Program-made: the position numbers and the translations under genes
In this document: piece by piece, positions 11,974 to 20,645 of the stretch
Position numbering within the stretch: position 1 is the first letter of the stretch
Layout of the letters: the number at the start of each line of letters is the position of its first letter
Notes under the pieces: generated by a model
Told to the model about the DNA's origin: nothing
Seen by the model: the letters and a program-made list of their open reading frames with translations, nothing else
Database searches by the model: none
Assembly: GCA_945928645.1 (NCBI GenBank)
Contig: CAMENR010000002.1
Location: 1,048-65,047 of the forward strand
Reading direction: 5' to 3'
Origin: an uncultured Clostridia bacterium
Lineage (GTDB): Bacteria; Bacillota; Clostridia; Christensenellales; UBA1242
DNA length: 64,000 nucleotides

Positions 11974-12921
11974 ATGATGAGCAAACGTGAATATTCGGAA
12001 GAAGAACAGTGGGTCATTTGCAGAAGTGCAGTGTCGGAGAATTATAAAATTCTACACTCCATATTTGGCAAGGATATGTATTCGCAACCTTCTGTTTTTT
12101 CTTCAAAGGTAAAGAGGGATTTTTTGGCAGAAGCACAATCTGCTATAGCAAAAAGGTTTTTCTCTTATGACGATGAAGCAAGTGAAATGTGCAAAAACTT
12201 GATTGTAAAGAAAAAGAATTGGCAAGATTATCTGTCCAAGGAAAATCTAGTCAGTCTATTTCTGTTGCAAAATAGAGCAATAGCTATTGCTTTGCAAAAT
12301 ATCAAATTGCCTCAACTGATAGAGGACAAAATTTACGCACTAAATGACAGAGATTTTTTGGCTACCCCAATAGATGATTTGAAAAAAATTAAGGGGAAAT
12401 CAAAAGCAAAAATGCAAGTTATGGAAGAATTGCAAACGGTGGACACCTACAAAACTGTGATGATGCCAATTATTAACAAAATTTCGAAGTGGTATAAAAG
12501 GGAGATAAATTTTGATCCTTTTGCAAATTTGGAAAAAAGATTTGGCAGATTGACGCAGGAAGATTATCTAAAACTTATCAAACAAGAAGAACTGGGTGTG
12601 GACCTAAATGGCAACCTAATTTCTCGTGGGTTGGACGGAACTTTGTATGTGAATGGCGACCCAAAGCCAGACGATTATGTTATAGATTTTGGCTTGGATA
12701 TAAAAAGCGAGTATGAAGACGAAGACCTTGATTCGACTGATTATTCTCAGCAGACTCTTATTGACAACTACAACAAATTGCGAAGCAACAGCAGAGGTAG
12801 TGGAATGACGGCAGAAGAATATTTTGCCAAAAAAGGAAAAACAAATCTTGACGAAGATGCGACCAGTGGTTCCAATGGCGAATTGGGTGGTGAAGCTGTT
12901 CAATTATTGCTTGATTTATAG
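11974..12921 (+). CDS. Hypothetical protein (315 aa) with an acidic C-terminal region ending in QLLLDL
   Basis: A GAGGGAGGG RBS lies at 11964-11972 and ATGATG at 11974. The track's upstream extension from 11893 has no RBS. No family was recognised. The C-terminal third is D/E/G/S-rich and the last residues are ..GGEAVQLLLDL. Confidence 0.8.
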   Translation: MMSKREYSEEEQWVICRSAVSENYKILHSIFGKDMYSQPSVFSSKVKRDFLAEAQSAIAKRFFSYDDEASEMCKNLIVKKKNWQDYLSKENLVSLFLLQNRAIAIALQNIKLPQLIEDKIYALNDRDFLATPIDDLKKIKGKSKAKMQVMEELQTVDTYKTVMMPIINKISKWYKREINFDPFANLEKRFGRLTQEDYLKLIKQEELGVDLNGNLISRGLDGTLYVNGDPKPDDYVIDFGLDIKSEYEDEDLDSTDYSQQTLIDNYNKLRSNSRGSGMTAEEYFAKKGKTNLDEDATSGSNGELGGEAVQLLLDL

Positions 12922-12990
12922 CGGAGTTTAGCGTGTTTTTGGCAGACGGAACATTCGGGTTAATGTAAAAAATATATTATATAATAATAT

Positions 12991-13027
12991 AAAGGCATTG
13001 CAGAAAAACTGTTGTGCCTTTTTCTTC
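12991..13027 (+). terminator. Candidate terminator after the orphan gene
   Basis: aaaggca (12991-12997) pairs with tgccttt (13015-13021), followed by a T-rich run. The loop is long (17 nt), so this is only moderately convincing. Confidence 0.4.
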
Positions 13028-13062
13028 GACAAAAAAAATTGTGGATAAATCTCAAAAAATTG

Positions 13063-13091
13063 TTGACAAATGTTTTCAAATATCTTACACT
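13063..13091 (+). promoter_or_regulatory. Candidate promoter for the rpmH-rnpA operon
   Basis: TTGACA (13063-13068), a 17-nt spacer and TACACT (13086-13091). A perfect DnaA box TGTGGATAA (13040-13048) lies just upstream. Confidence 0.45.
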
Positions 13092-13179
13092 ACGGGAGCA
13101 AGTTTAATTTTGATGACTGATTATTCGGAACAAAAAGTCAAATCGTGGACAAACTTGAAAGGTATTATAGGAGGAAATT

Positions 13180-13317
13180 ATGGAAAAGGGAACTTATCAA
13201 CCAAACAAGCGTAGCAGAAGCAAAGTTCACGGTTTTAGAAAGAGAATGGCAACCAAGAACGGACGAAAAGTGCTTCAACGTCGTAGAAATCGCGGAAGAA
13301 AAAAACTTTCAGCATAA
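13180..13317 (+). CDS. rpmH: 50S ribosomal protein L34
   Basis: Hand translation gives [45 protein letters not shown] (45 aa), a classic L34 sequence. An AGGAGGA RBS lies at ~13169-13175. The gene is too short for the track's 60-aa cutoff; the track ORF at 13145-13327 is in another frame. Confidence 0.95.
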   Translation: MEKGTYQPNKRSRSKVHGFRKRMATKNGRKVLQRRRNRGRKKLSA

Positions 13318-13320
13318 GAC

Positions 13321-13650
13321 ATGTTAGCAAGAAAAAATCGACTTAAAAAGAAAAAAGAATTTTCTTACATCTATCGAAAGGGCGAAAGTTATTATTCTGC
13401 AGATATGATACTTTTTGCTTGCAAAACAAAACTTGCAAGCAGTAAAGTGGGCTTTTCGGTCAGTAACAAGGTGGGAAATAGTGTTGTAAGACACAAAATT
13501 AAAAGGCAACTAAGCGAGATTGTTCGCCTAAGGATTAACAACTTCCCTATCAAAAATTATATTCTTGTTGCAAAACCAACTGTTGCCGACAAAAGCTTTC
13601 ATGACCTAGAAAAACAAGTAGAAATACTTTTTGAAAAGGTAAAACCGTGA
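13321..13650 (+). CDS. rnpA: Ribonuclease P protein component
   Basis: 109 aa, basic, with KVGNSVVRHKIKRQL (the RNase P protein motif). It lies directly after rpmH. Confidence 0.92.
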   Translation: MLARKNRLKKKKEFSYIYRKGESYYSADMILFACKTKLASSKVGFSVSNKVGNSVVRHKIKRQLSEIVRLRINNFPIKNYILVAKPTVADKSFHDLEKQVEILFEKVKP

Positions 13651-13952
13651 AAAATAAATTTAAAGACAAGACTTTGTGGCAAAAGATAACTTTTGTTTTG
13701 CTGTTCCCTGTTTACTGCGTAGTATTGGGACTGGTTAAGATTTATAGGTATGTTATATCTCCTTTGCTTCCTCATGCGTGTAGGTTTTTCCCTACCTGTT
13801 CGGAATATTTTTGTTTGGCAGTAAAAGAGTATGGCATCATTCGTGGTATGGCGATGGGAGTGGGCAGAATAGTTAGATGTAACCCTTGGTCAAAGGGTGG
13901 ATTTGACCCCGTAAAACCTAATATTAAAGGAAATATAAGATGGCTGTTATGA
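13647..13952 (+). CDS. yidD: Membrane protein insertion efficiency factor YidD
   Basis: Contains CRFFPTCSEY...NPWSKGGFDPV. The GTG start overlaps the rnpA TGA stop (GTGA). Confidence 0.9.
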   Translation: MKNKFKDKTLWQKITFVLLFPVYCVVLGLVKIYRYVISPLLPHACRFFPTCSEYFCLAVKEYGIIRGMAMGVGRIVRCNPWSKGGFDPVKPNIKGNIRWLL

Positions 13953-15082
13953 CACTTCTATCTTCCGTTACTTCGCAGTGGCCAAGCGGTTTCTGGCCTA
14001 ATATCATAAAGATATTTGAAGTGGGAAGTTATGCGTGGACAATTGTTTTGTTCACCATTGTTTTGAAGTTGGTGCTGTCGCCAATGGACTTTTTGCAAAG
14101 GTTCTTTATGAACAGGCAAACAAGGGCTCAGGCAAAGCTTCAACCAAAACTAGAAAAGTTGAAAAAACAATATGGGCAAAACCAAAATTTGCTCTATCAA
14201 AAGCAAAATGAGTTGATGGCAAAAAGCGGAGTAAATATGAAGGCTTCGTGTATAACCATGCTTGTATATATGGTTTTGACATTGACAATATTTATTACCT
14301 TGTTCAACTCCATAAGAGATATTTCTGCATTTAAGATAGCCAATCAATACAAAGATTTAAGGCAAACCTATTCCATAACCTACGATGTGGGTTATCTAAA
14401 AGATTATCTTAATATGACTGATGAAAATGTAGAGGAATTGTATTCAAAATCTGGAGATGAGAGAGCAGGATATCTAAATACATTTGAACAAAACAAGGCA
14501 ACTGCTGATGGGTTGACATTGGAGCAGGTAAAAGCCTATGGAAAACAAATAAAATCTACTGCACAAGACAATGTAGAAAGTAGATATTTTGAAATAAAAG
14601 ACAGTTGGCTTTGGATTAAAAATATTTGGATCCCAGACAAAGCAACAACATCCGAAATCCAAAGTTACAGTTCTTACATTTCTTCCACTGGCGACAAAGG
14701 AGTGCTGGAAGAAGATTATAACAATGTGATGGGCAAACTTCAGGCACAAGAAAAAAACGTAAATGGGTATTATATATTGCCTATTTTGGTGGTAGCAATT
14801 ACCTTCTTATCTCAGTGGATTTCCAAAAAACTTTCTACTCCAAAAGACAGCAATGGTAATAAAATTCAACAACCAGGCACAGGTAAATTCCTAATGATTT
14901 TGATGCCATTTATGATGCTTTTGTTTACACTTAACTCCAGTGCAATATTCTCTATATATATTATTGTAAACTCTATTATGTCTACCATTCTTTCGCCAAT
15001 TATAACCATAATTTGCAACAAGATAGAAGACAAAAGAGAAAGAAAAACTGTGGAAATAGCCAAGCCAGATTATATGAGATAA
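13940..15082 (+). CDS. yidC: YidC/Oxa1-family membrane protein insertase
   Basis: 380 aa and multi-pass hydrophobic. It has the KLQPKLEKLKKQYGQNQ motif region and the conserved rnpA-yidD-yidC-jag context. Confidence 0.9.
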   Translation: MAVMTLLSSVTSQWPSGFWPNIIKIFEVGSYAWTIVLFTIVLKLVLSPMDFLQRFFMNRQTRAQAKLQPKLEKLKKQYGQNQNLLYQKQNELMAKSGVNMKASCITMLVYMVLTLTIFITLFNSIRDISAFKIANQYKDLRQTYSITYDVGYLKDYLNMTDENVEELYSKSGDERAGYLNTFEQNKATADGLTLEQVKAYGKQIKSTAQDNVESRYFEIKDSWLWIKNIWIPDKATTSEIQSYSSYISSTGDKGVLEEDYNNVMGKLQAQEKNVNGYYILPILVVAITFLSQWISKKLSTPKDSNGNKIQQPGTGKFLMILMPFMMLLFTLNSSAIFSIYIIVNSIMSTILSPIITIICNKIEDKRERKTVEIAKPDYMR

Positions 15083-15102
15083 TTCTATAAAAAAGGAATT
15101 TT

Positions 15103-15858
15103 TTGAAAATGAAAACAATTCAGATAACTGCCAAAAATGTGCAAAAAGCAATAGAACAAGGTTTGAAGGAACTGGGCGTTTCTCAAGAGGAAGTTGATAT
15201 AAAAATTTTGGACGAAGGTGGTCTTTTTAGAAAGGCAAAGATAGAACTTTGCTATGAAGAAGGAAACAGCGCCAAAGAAAAATCTGAAAAGAAAGCCGAA
15301 GATAAGGATAAAAAAGAAGAGTCTAAGGTAGAAAAAAAGGAAGAAAAATCAAAAGAAAAGGCTGAAAAGAAGAAACCTATAGAACAAGAAAAAACCGACA
15401 ACAAAGAGTCTATTGAAAGTGCTGGAAAAGACTTTTTGAACAAACTTCTCGAAAAAATGAGAGTGCAGGCAGAGATAGACTTTGCAAAGACTGAAGACGG
15501 GGTATTGTTTAATGCTTCTGGCGACAAAGTAAGCGCTCTTATTGGTAGACATGGCGAAACACTCAATGCCATACAAGAATTACTATTGAATGTGCTTAAA
15601 AACAAAGGATACAAGGAAGGCAGAGTTTATTTTGATGTGGAAAACTACAAGAATAGACGAGAGATTGCTCTTGTAGAAATGGCAGAAAAAATGGCAAGCA
15701 AGGCAATAAAACTAAACAAGCCTGTTCGTCTTGAAAGAATGAGTGCATATGAGAGAAAGATAATACACACTGCTTTGCAGAATTTTGAGGGTGTTACTAC
15801 CCAAAGTGAAGGTGTTGAACCAAACAGACACCTAGTGATTATCCCAGAAGAAAAATAA
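15103..15858 (+). CDS. jag: Jag/KhpB RNA-binding protein (KH + R3H domains)
   Basis: It has an N-terminal Jag_N-like region, a K/E-rich linker and C-terminal ..RLERMSAYERKIIHTALQ (R3H). The start is either TTG 15103 or ATG 15109. Confidence 0.9.
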   Translation: MKMKTIQITAKNVQKAIEQGLKELGVSQEEVDIKILDEGGLFRKAKIELCYEEGNSAKEKSEKKAEDKDKKEESKVEKKEEKSKEKAEKKKPIEQEKTDNKESIESAGKDFLNKLLEKMRVQAEIDFAKTEDGVLFNASGDKVSALIGRHGETLNAIQELLLNVLKNKGYKEGRVYFDVENYKNRREIALVEMAEKMASKAIKLNKPVRLERMSAYERKIIHTALQNFEGVTTQSEGVEPNRHLVIIPEEK

Positions 15859-15898
15859 AGAGAGAATGAATTTCAACAACATAAATTATTTGAAAAGG

Positions 15899-15926
15899 GA
15901 TTGGGCTTGATTGCTCAATCTTTTTT
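15899..15926 (+). terminator. Rho-independent terminator after jag
   Basis: An 8-bp stem (15899-15906 pairing with 15913-15920, one G-U pair) has a 6-nt loop and is followed by TTTTTT (15921-15926). Confidence 0.65.
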
Positions 15927-16124
15927 CTTACATTAAGGATTAAAGCAAAGGAAGAAGTAGTTTGTAAGGGTTCTGCTATTATCAAAAAGCCATCGATTTG
16001 CGATTAGCAAACATTTGCTTGCAAAAGCAAATAAATTTAATTTATTAAATTTCGCTGGCTTTTTATTTGTTCAAATGATAAAAAAATAGTGGAAAGTATT
16101 GTCAGTGTGTGATAAAATAATAAT

Positions 16125-17480
16125 ATGAGTGAAAATGATTTGATAGTTGCTATTGCAACACCTTATGGAAAAAGCGGAGTAGGCATTGTAAGACTAAGCG
16201 GAGAGGGCTGTTTGACGCTTGCAAAGAAGATGTTTAGACCGTTTGATAAAAAGTGCGATTTTACCCCAAACAAGATGTATTTGGGGGAGATAGATTTGGG
16301 AGATGTCAAAGATAAGGGCTTTGTGGTCTTTTTTCAATCGCCACACTCCTTTACAGGAGAGGATATTGTAGAGTTTCAATGCCATGGTGGCATTATGGTT
16401 ACCCAAAAGATTGTGGATATGTGTCTAACAAAAGGGGCAAGAATGGCAGAGCCAGGGGAGTTTTCTAAGAGGGCTTTTCTAAATGGCAAGATGTCTTTGG
16501 ATGAGGCAGAGGGAGTGGCAGACCTCATAAACGCAGAGAGTGAAAGTGAGATGAGGTGTAGCACTGCCCTTGCGCGTGGAGAACTAAATAAAACGGTAAC
16601 CGATATACAGGATAAGTTGTCTGATATAGTATGCGAAATGCAGGCATATATGGACTACCCTGAGGAACATATCGAGGAAAAGACAAGAAGCGAAATAAAG
16701 GCCATTTTAGAGGAAATCTGCCAGCAGATAGACAATCTTTTGGCTACTAGCAAACAAGGCAAATTGTGCAAGTTTGGGGTTGATGTGGCTATTGTGGGAA
16801 AAACAAATGCAGGAAAGAGTAGTTTGCTCAACAGACTGCTTGGAACAGAACAGGCCATTGTAACAGATATAGAAGGCACAACACGAGATGTTGTGAGTGG
16901 AGTTATGGAATACAATGGTGTAAAATTTAATCTTTTGGACACTGCTGGTTTAAGGGAAACAAAAGATATAATAGAAAACATTGGCATAGACAAGAGCAAG
17001 CAAACAATAGAGCAAAGCGATGTGGTTTTGCTGGTAATAGATAGGACAAGGCAAATGGACAAGCAAGATGAGGAAAACCTTTGCCTAACACAAGGCAAAA
17101 ACAGAATAATTGTGCTGAACAAAAGCGACCAAAAAAACTGTGCTACACTAGATAAGTTGATAGGCAAAGACAAAGTAATAAGTGTTAGCGCCAAGACTGG
17201 TGAAAACATAGACCAACTGAAAAAAGAGTTGTTTGACAAAGCTTTTGATGGCAATTTTGTAAACAATTCGTTGGTAATAACCAATTCTAGACACGAGCAA
17301 GTGTTAAGAGAAGCCAGTGAAATAGCACATAAATTGCTTTCTAGTGGAGATGATTTGTTTTTTGATTGTCTTACACTAGAGTCCCAATATCTTTGGGAAA
17401 AATTAGGAGAAATAACAGGCGTAAGTGCCAATGATGTATTGATATCAAAGATTTTCTCCAAATTCTGCTTGGGCAAATAA
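16125..17480 (+). CDS. mnmE: tRNA modification GTPase MnmE
   Basis: 451 aa, with G1 motif GKTNAGKSSLLN, DTAGLRE and the C-terminal CLGK tetrapeptide. Confidence 0.96.
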   Translation: MSENDLIVAIATPYGKSGVGIVRLSGEGCLTLAKKMFRPFDKKCDFTPNKMYLGEIDLGDVKDKGFVVFFQSPHSFTGEDIVEFQCHGGIMVTQKIVDMCLTKGARMAEPGEFSKRAFLNGKMSLDEAEGVADLINAESESEMRCSTALARGELNKTVTDIQDKLSDIVCEMQAYMDYPEEHIEEKTRSEIKAILEEICQQIDNLLATSKQGKLCKFGVDVAIVGKTNAGKSSLLNRLLGTEQAIVTDIEGTTRDVVSGVMEYNGVKFNLLDTAGLRETKDIIENIGIDKSKQTIEQSDVVLLVIDRTRQMDKQDEENLCLTQGKNRIIVLNKSDQKNCATLDKLIGKDKVISVSAKTGENIDQLKKELFDKAFDGNFVNNSLVITNSRHEQVLREASEIAHKLLSSGDDLFFDCLTLESQYLWEKLGEITGVSANDVLISKIFSKFCLGK

Positions 17481-17660
17481 TATTGGCATAAAATTTTGTT
17501 CTATAAAAAAACTTATTTATGTAAAAGTGTTTTGATAAGAAGAATTTTTTGCAAAAATATTGAAAAGAGTGAAAGTTAATATTTACAAAATTATTGCAAA
17601 AGAAGAAAAGGTGTATTATATTATTGAATAGGAAATTTTGAAAGTAATTTGAGGGAAAAG

Positions 17661-19562
17661 ATGATAAAAGAAGAATTTGATGTGGTTGTTGTAGGCAGTG
17701 GTCATGCTGGTTGTGAGGCAAGTCTTGCATTGGCTCGTTTGGGCAACAAAACAATGCTGGCAACACTCAACCTAGACAGCATAGCATTTTTGGCTTGCAA
17801 CCCATCTATAGGAGGCACAGCAAAGGGACAATTGGCAAGTGAAATTGATGCCTTGGGTGGAGAAATGGGCATAAACACCGACAAAAATATTTTGCAACTT
17901 CGTATGCTAAACACAGGCAAAGGGGTGGCTGTTCAGAGTTTGAGGGCTCAGGTTGATAAGCATGGTTATCATTTTAGTATGAAAGAAACATTGGAAAAAC
18001 AGAAAAACCTGACTATTAGACAATGCGAAATTGTGGAAATTTTGGTCAAAAATAACAAAGTTGTTGGGGTGAAAAACTCTTTTGGTGAAGAAATATCTTG
18101 TCGTGCAGTAGTTTTGGCAACAGGTGTGTATATGGAGAGCAGGGTTATAATAGGTGAGTGGACAAAGGACCAAGGTCCAAATGGTTTTGTCAATTCCAAA
18201 GGTCTTTCCAAAAACCTTCAAAAACTAGGTTTTGAAATTTTTAGATTTAAGACAGGAACACCTGCCAGGGTATTAAAAGATTCTATTGATTTTGACAAGT
18301 TTGAGGAACAAAACGGAGATGAAAATATCCAAAGTTTTTCTTTTTTGACGAAAAAGCAACCAAAAAATATTTGTAAATGTTATCTAGGATATACCAACGA
18401 AAAAACACACGAAATAATAAGAAATAACCTTCATCGTGCGCCAATGTTCAGCGGTATGATAAAAGGTGTTGGACCTCGCTATTGCCCTTCTATTGAGGAT
18501 AAGGTAGTTAGGTTTGCCGATAGACCAAGACATCAAATTTTCCTTGAACCAGAGGACAAAACTGGCAGTGAGATTTATGTGCAAGGATTCTCCTCTTCTA
18601 TGCCTGTTGATGTGCAGGAGAAGATGTATCGCAGTGTGGAAGGTTTTGAAAATGTGCAGTTGTTGAGAAATGCCTATGCCATAGAATATGACTGCATAAA
18701 TTCGTTGGAATTATTGCCAACGTTGGAGTCAAAACGCATATCAGGAATGTTTTTTGCAGGGCAAATAAATGGGACAAGTGGCTATGAGGAAGCGGGCGCA
18801 CAAGGGCTGATTGCTGGGATAAATGCTAGCAGAAAACTCAACAATCAAGAACCATTCATCTTGGGGAGAGATGAGGCATATATTGGAGTTTTGATTGATG
18901 ACTTGGTAACAAAAGGGACCAACGAACCATATCGAATGATGACTTCTCGTGCCGAATATCGCTTACTTTTGCGACAAGACAATGCAGATATTCGCCTTAC
19001 ACCAATAGGAAGAAAATTGGGATTAGTAACTGATGAAAGATACAAAATTTTTGAGAAAAAACTAAAACTTATATCAAAGGCACAAAAAGATTTGGACAAA
19101 ATGCTTTCTGCGAGTGAAGTAAGGAAACTTTATGAACAAAAAGGAGAAAGTTCCCAGTCTATCAACCCTCTGGCAAGAGAAGTTTTGAAAAGAACAAACA
19201 TTTCCATTTTTGACCTAAAGGAGCATTTTAATCTTTTTAAGAATATTCCAGAAAATATTTTGAACTATGTTCAAACGGAGGTAAAATACTCTGGCTATCT
19301 CAAAAGACAACAAATGCTTATTGCACAAATGAGAAAGAATGAACAGATAAAACTTCCTGCAGATTTTGATTATTCACAGATAAAAGGGTTAAGGATTGAA
19401 GCGCAACAAAAATTAAACAAGTTCAAACCATTATCCCTGGGACAAGCGAGCAGAATAAGTGGAGTATCCCCTGCCGACATTGCAGTGCTTACTGTGTATA
19501 TTTCTATGAAAAATAAGCAAGATAAATTGAAAAATGGAGATAAAAATGTCAGAGAAAAATGA
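17661..19562 (+). CDS. mnmG: tRNA uridine 5-carboxymethylaminomethyl modification enzyme MnmG (GidA)
   Basis: It has the FAD motif VVVGSGHAGCEA and is conserved along its whole length. ATG 17661 is preferred over the track's TTG at 17649 because GAGGG lies 5 nt upstream of it. Confidence 0.96.
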   Translation: MIKEEFDVVVVGSGHAGCEASLALARLGNKTMLATLNLDSIAFLACNPSIGGTAKGQLASEIDALGGEMGINTDKNILQLRMLNTGKGVAVQSLRAQVDKHGYHFSMKETLEKQKNLTIRQCEIVEILVKNNKVVGVKNSFGEEISCRAVVLATGVYMESRVIIGEWTKDQGPNGFVNSKGLSKNLQKLGFEIFRFKTGTPARVLKDSIDFDKFEEQNGDENIQSFSFLTKKQPKNICKCYLGYTNEKTHEIIRNNLHRAPMFSGMIKGVGPRYCPSIEDKVVRFADRPRHQIFLEPEDKTGSEIYVQGFSSSMPVDVQEKMYRSVEGFENVQLLRNAYAIEYDCINSLELLPTLESKRISGMFFAGQINGTSGYEEAGAQGLIAGINASRKLNNQEPFILGRDEAYIGVLIDDLVTKGTNEPYRMMTSRAEYRLLLRQDNADIRLTPIGRKLGLVTDERYKIFEKKLKLISKAQKDLDKMLSASEVRKLYEQKGESSQSINPLAREVLKRTNISIFDLKEHFNLFKNIPENILNYVQTEVKYSGYLKRQQMLIAQMRKNEQIKLPADFDYSQIKGLRIEAQQKLNKFKPLSLGQASRISGVSPADIAVLTVYISMKNKQDKLKNGDKNVREK

Positions 19563-20271
19563 AAAAAATTTTCAAAAATTCTGTGTGAGAGAAGATTTGA
19601 ACCCTTTTTTTGACCTAATTTCGCAAAAAAAAGACAAATTTGAATTGTATTTTCGCAATCTTATCAGCTGGAACGAAAAATTTAATCTTACTGCAATAAC
19701 AGAACACAATGAGGTTTTTGAAAAACATTTTTTGGATAGTATACTCTCTGAACAATTTATCCCCAAAAATTCCACAGTAATTGACATAGGTGCCGGTGCT
19801 GGCTTCCCTAGTTTTCCATTGAAAATTGTTAGAGATGATTTGAAGATTGTGGCAGTGGATAGTGTAAATAAGAAGGTTTCATTCCTTAATGATATATCTA
19901 ACAATCTAAATTTCAAAAATGTGAGTTGTCTGCACGAAAGGGCGGAAGATTTAGCACAAAAAAGTGATTTTAGAGAAAAATTTGATGTATGTGTTGCAAG
20001 GGCTGTTGCTAGTTTAAACATTTTATGTGAATATTGCCTTCCCTTTGTTAAGATAGGAGGAATATTTCTGGCATACAAATCTCAAAATTTGGAAGAGGAA
20101 TTGAAAACAGCAAAAAATGCCCTTTCCCTACTTGGAGGAAAGGTTGAAAAAATAGTTAATTTTGACTTAAACGGAGCAGAAAGAAAGATAGTTGTAATAA
20201 GGAAAATTTCTCCAACACCAACAAAATTTCCACGACTAAAAAACAAACCAAGGATTTCTCCTCTGGTATGA
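19546..20271 (+). CDS. rsmG: 16S rRNA (guanine527-N7)-methyltransferase RsmG (GidB)
   Basis: It has the SAM motif DIGAGAGFPSFPLKI. ATG 19546 has GGAG 6 nt upstream. The track's start at 19534 is also possible. The gene overlaps the mnmG 3' end. Confidence 0.93.
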   Translation: MSEKNEKNFQKFCVREDLNPFFDLISQKKDKFELYFRNLISWNEKFNLTAITEHNEVFEKHFLDSILSEQFIPKNSTVIDIGAGAGFPSFPLKIVRDDLKIVAVDSVNKKVSFLNDISNNLNFKNVSCLHERAEDLAQKSDFREKFDVCVARAVASLNILCEYCLPFVKIGGIFLAYKSQNLEEELKTAKNALSLLGGKVEKIVNFDLNGAERKIVVIRKISPTPTKFPRLKNKPRISPLV

Positions 20272-20616
20272 TGAAAACTATGTGCCTATTTGCTCAATTT
20301 GTTCGCAAATCAATTTATTAAATGAAATCCTTTGTTATAGCGACATCACAGTTTGAATAAACATTAGTTATTGTCAAATATCCTTGTGGATAATTGATAA
20401 TAACACCCAACAAATTAGTTATATATTTACAACTAAATTAAATTGTATGTAATAAATCTTTCTGAAAAGGTTATCTAAGTAAAGTGTTTATTATTTGAAA
20501 AATATTTTATATGCTATGAAAATTTGAAAAAATCATCAAAAAAGAGATATTTATTCTAAAATTTTTTAGTTTTGGGATAAAAATTGATGTTTTTTGGTGG
20601 TTTTTTCTTATTTTTT

Positions 20617-20625
20617 TGGTATAAT
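20617..20625 (+). promoter_or_regulatory. Extended -10 element (TGgTATAAT) upstream of parA
   Basis: TGGTATAAT lies at 20617-20625, ~20 nt before the AGGAAG RBS and the ATG at 20646. The -35 region is poor. Confidence 0.45.
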
Positions 20626-20645
20626 GAATCTATAAGGAAGTAATT

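Noticed and set aside
13145-13327. 60-aa track ORF overlapping rpmH
   Set aside because: It is in the wrong frame. The frame starting at ATG 13180 gives a textbook L34 sequence with a strong RBS.
16655-17476. 273-aa antisense ORF inside mnmE. Similar long antisense or off-frame ORFs lie at 2636-3361, 8344-9033, 10492-11211, 19572-20078 and 26423-26932. Many minus-strand ORFs also lie in the giant genes (e.g. 42159-42584, 46387-46851, 51937-52476, 55429-55896, 61171-61608).
   Set aside because: Each lies wholly inside a strongly supported conserved gene on the other strand or frame. Their products are low-complexity S/L/F/C-rich sequences typical of shadow ORFs.
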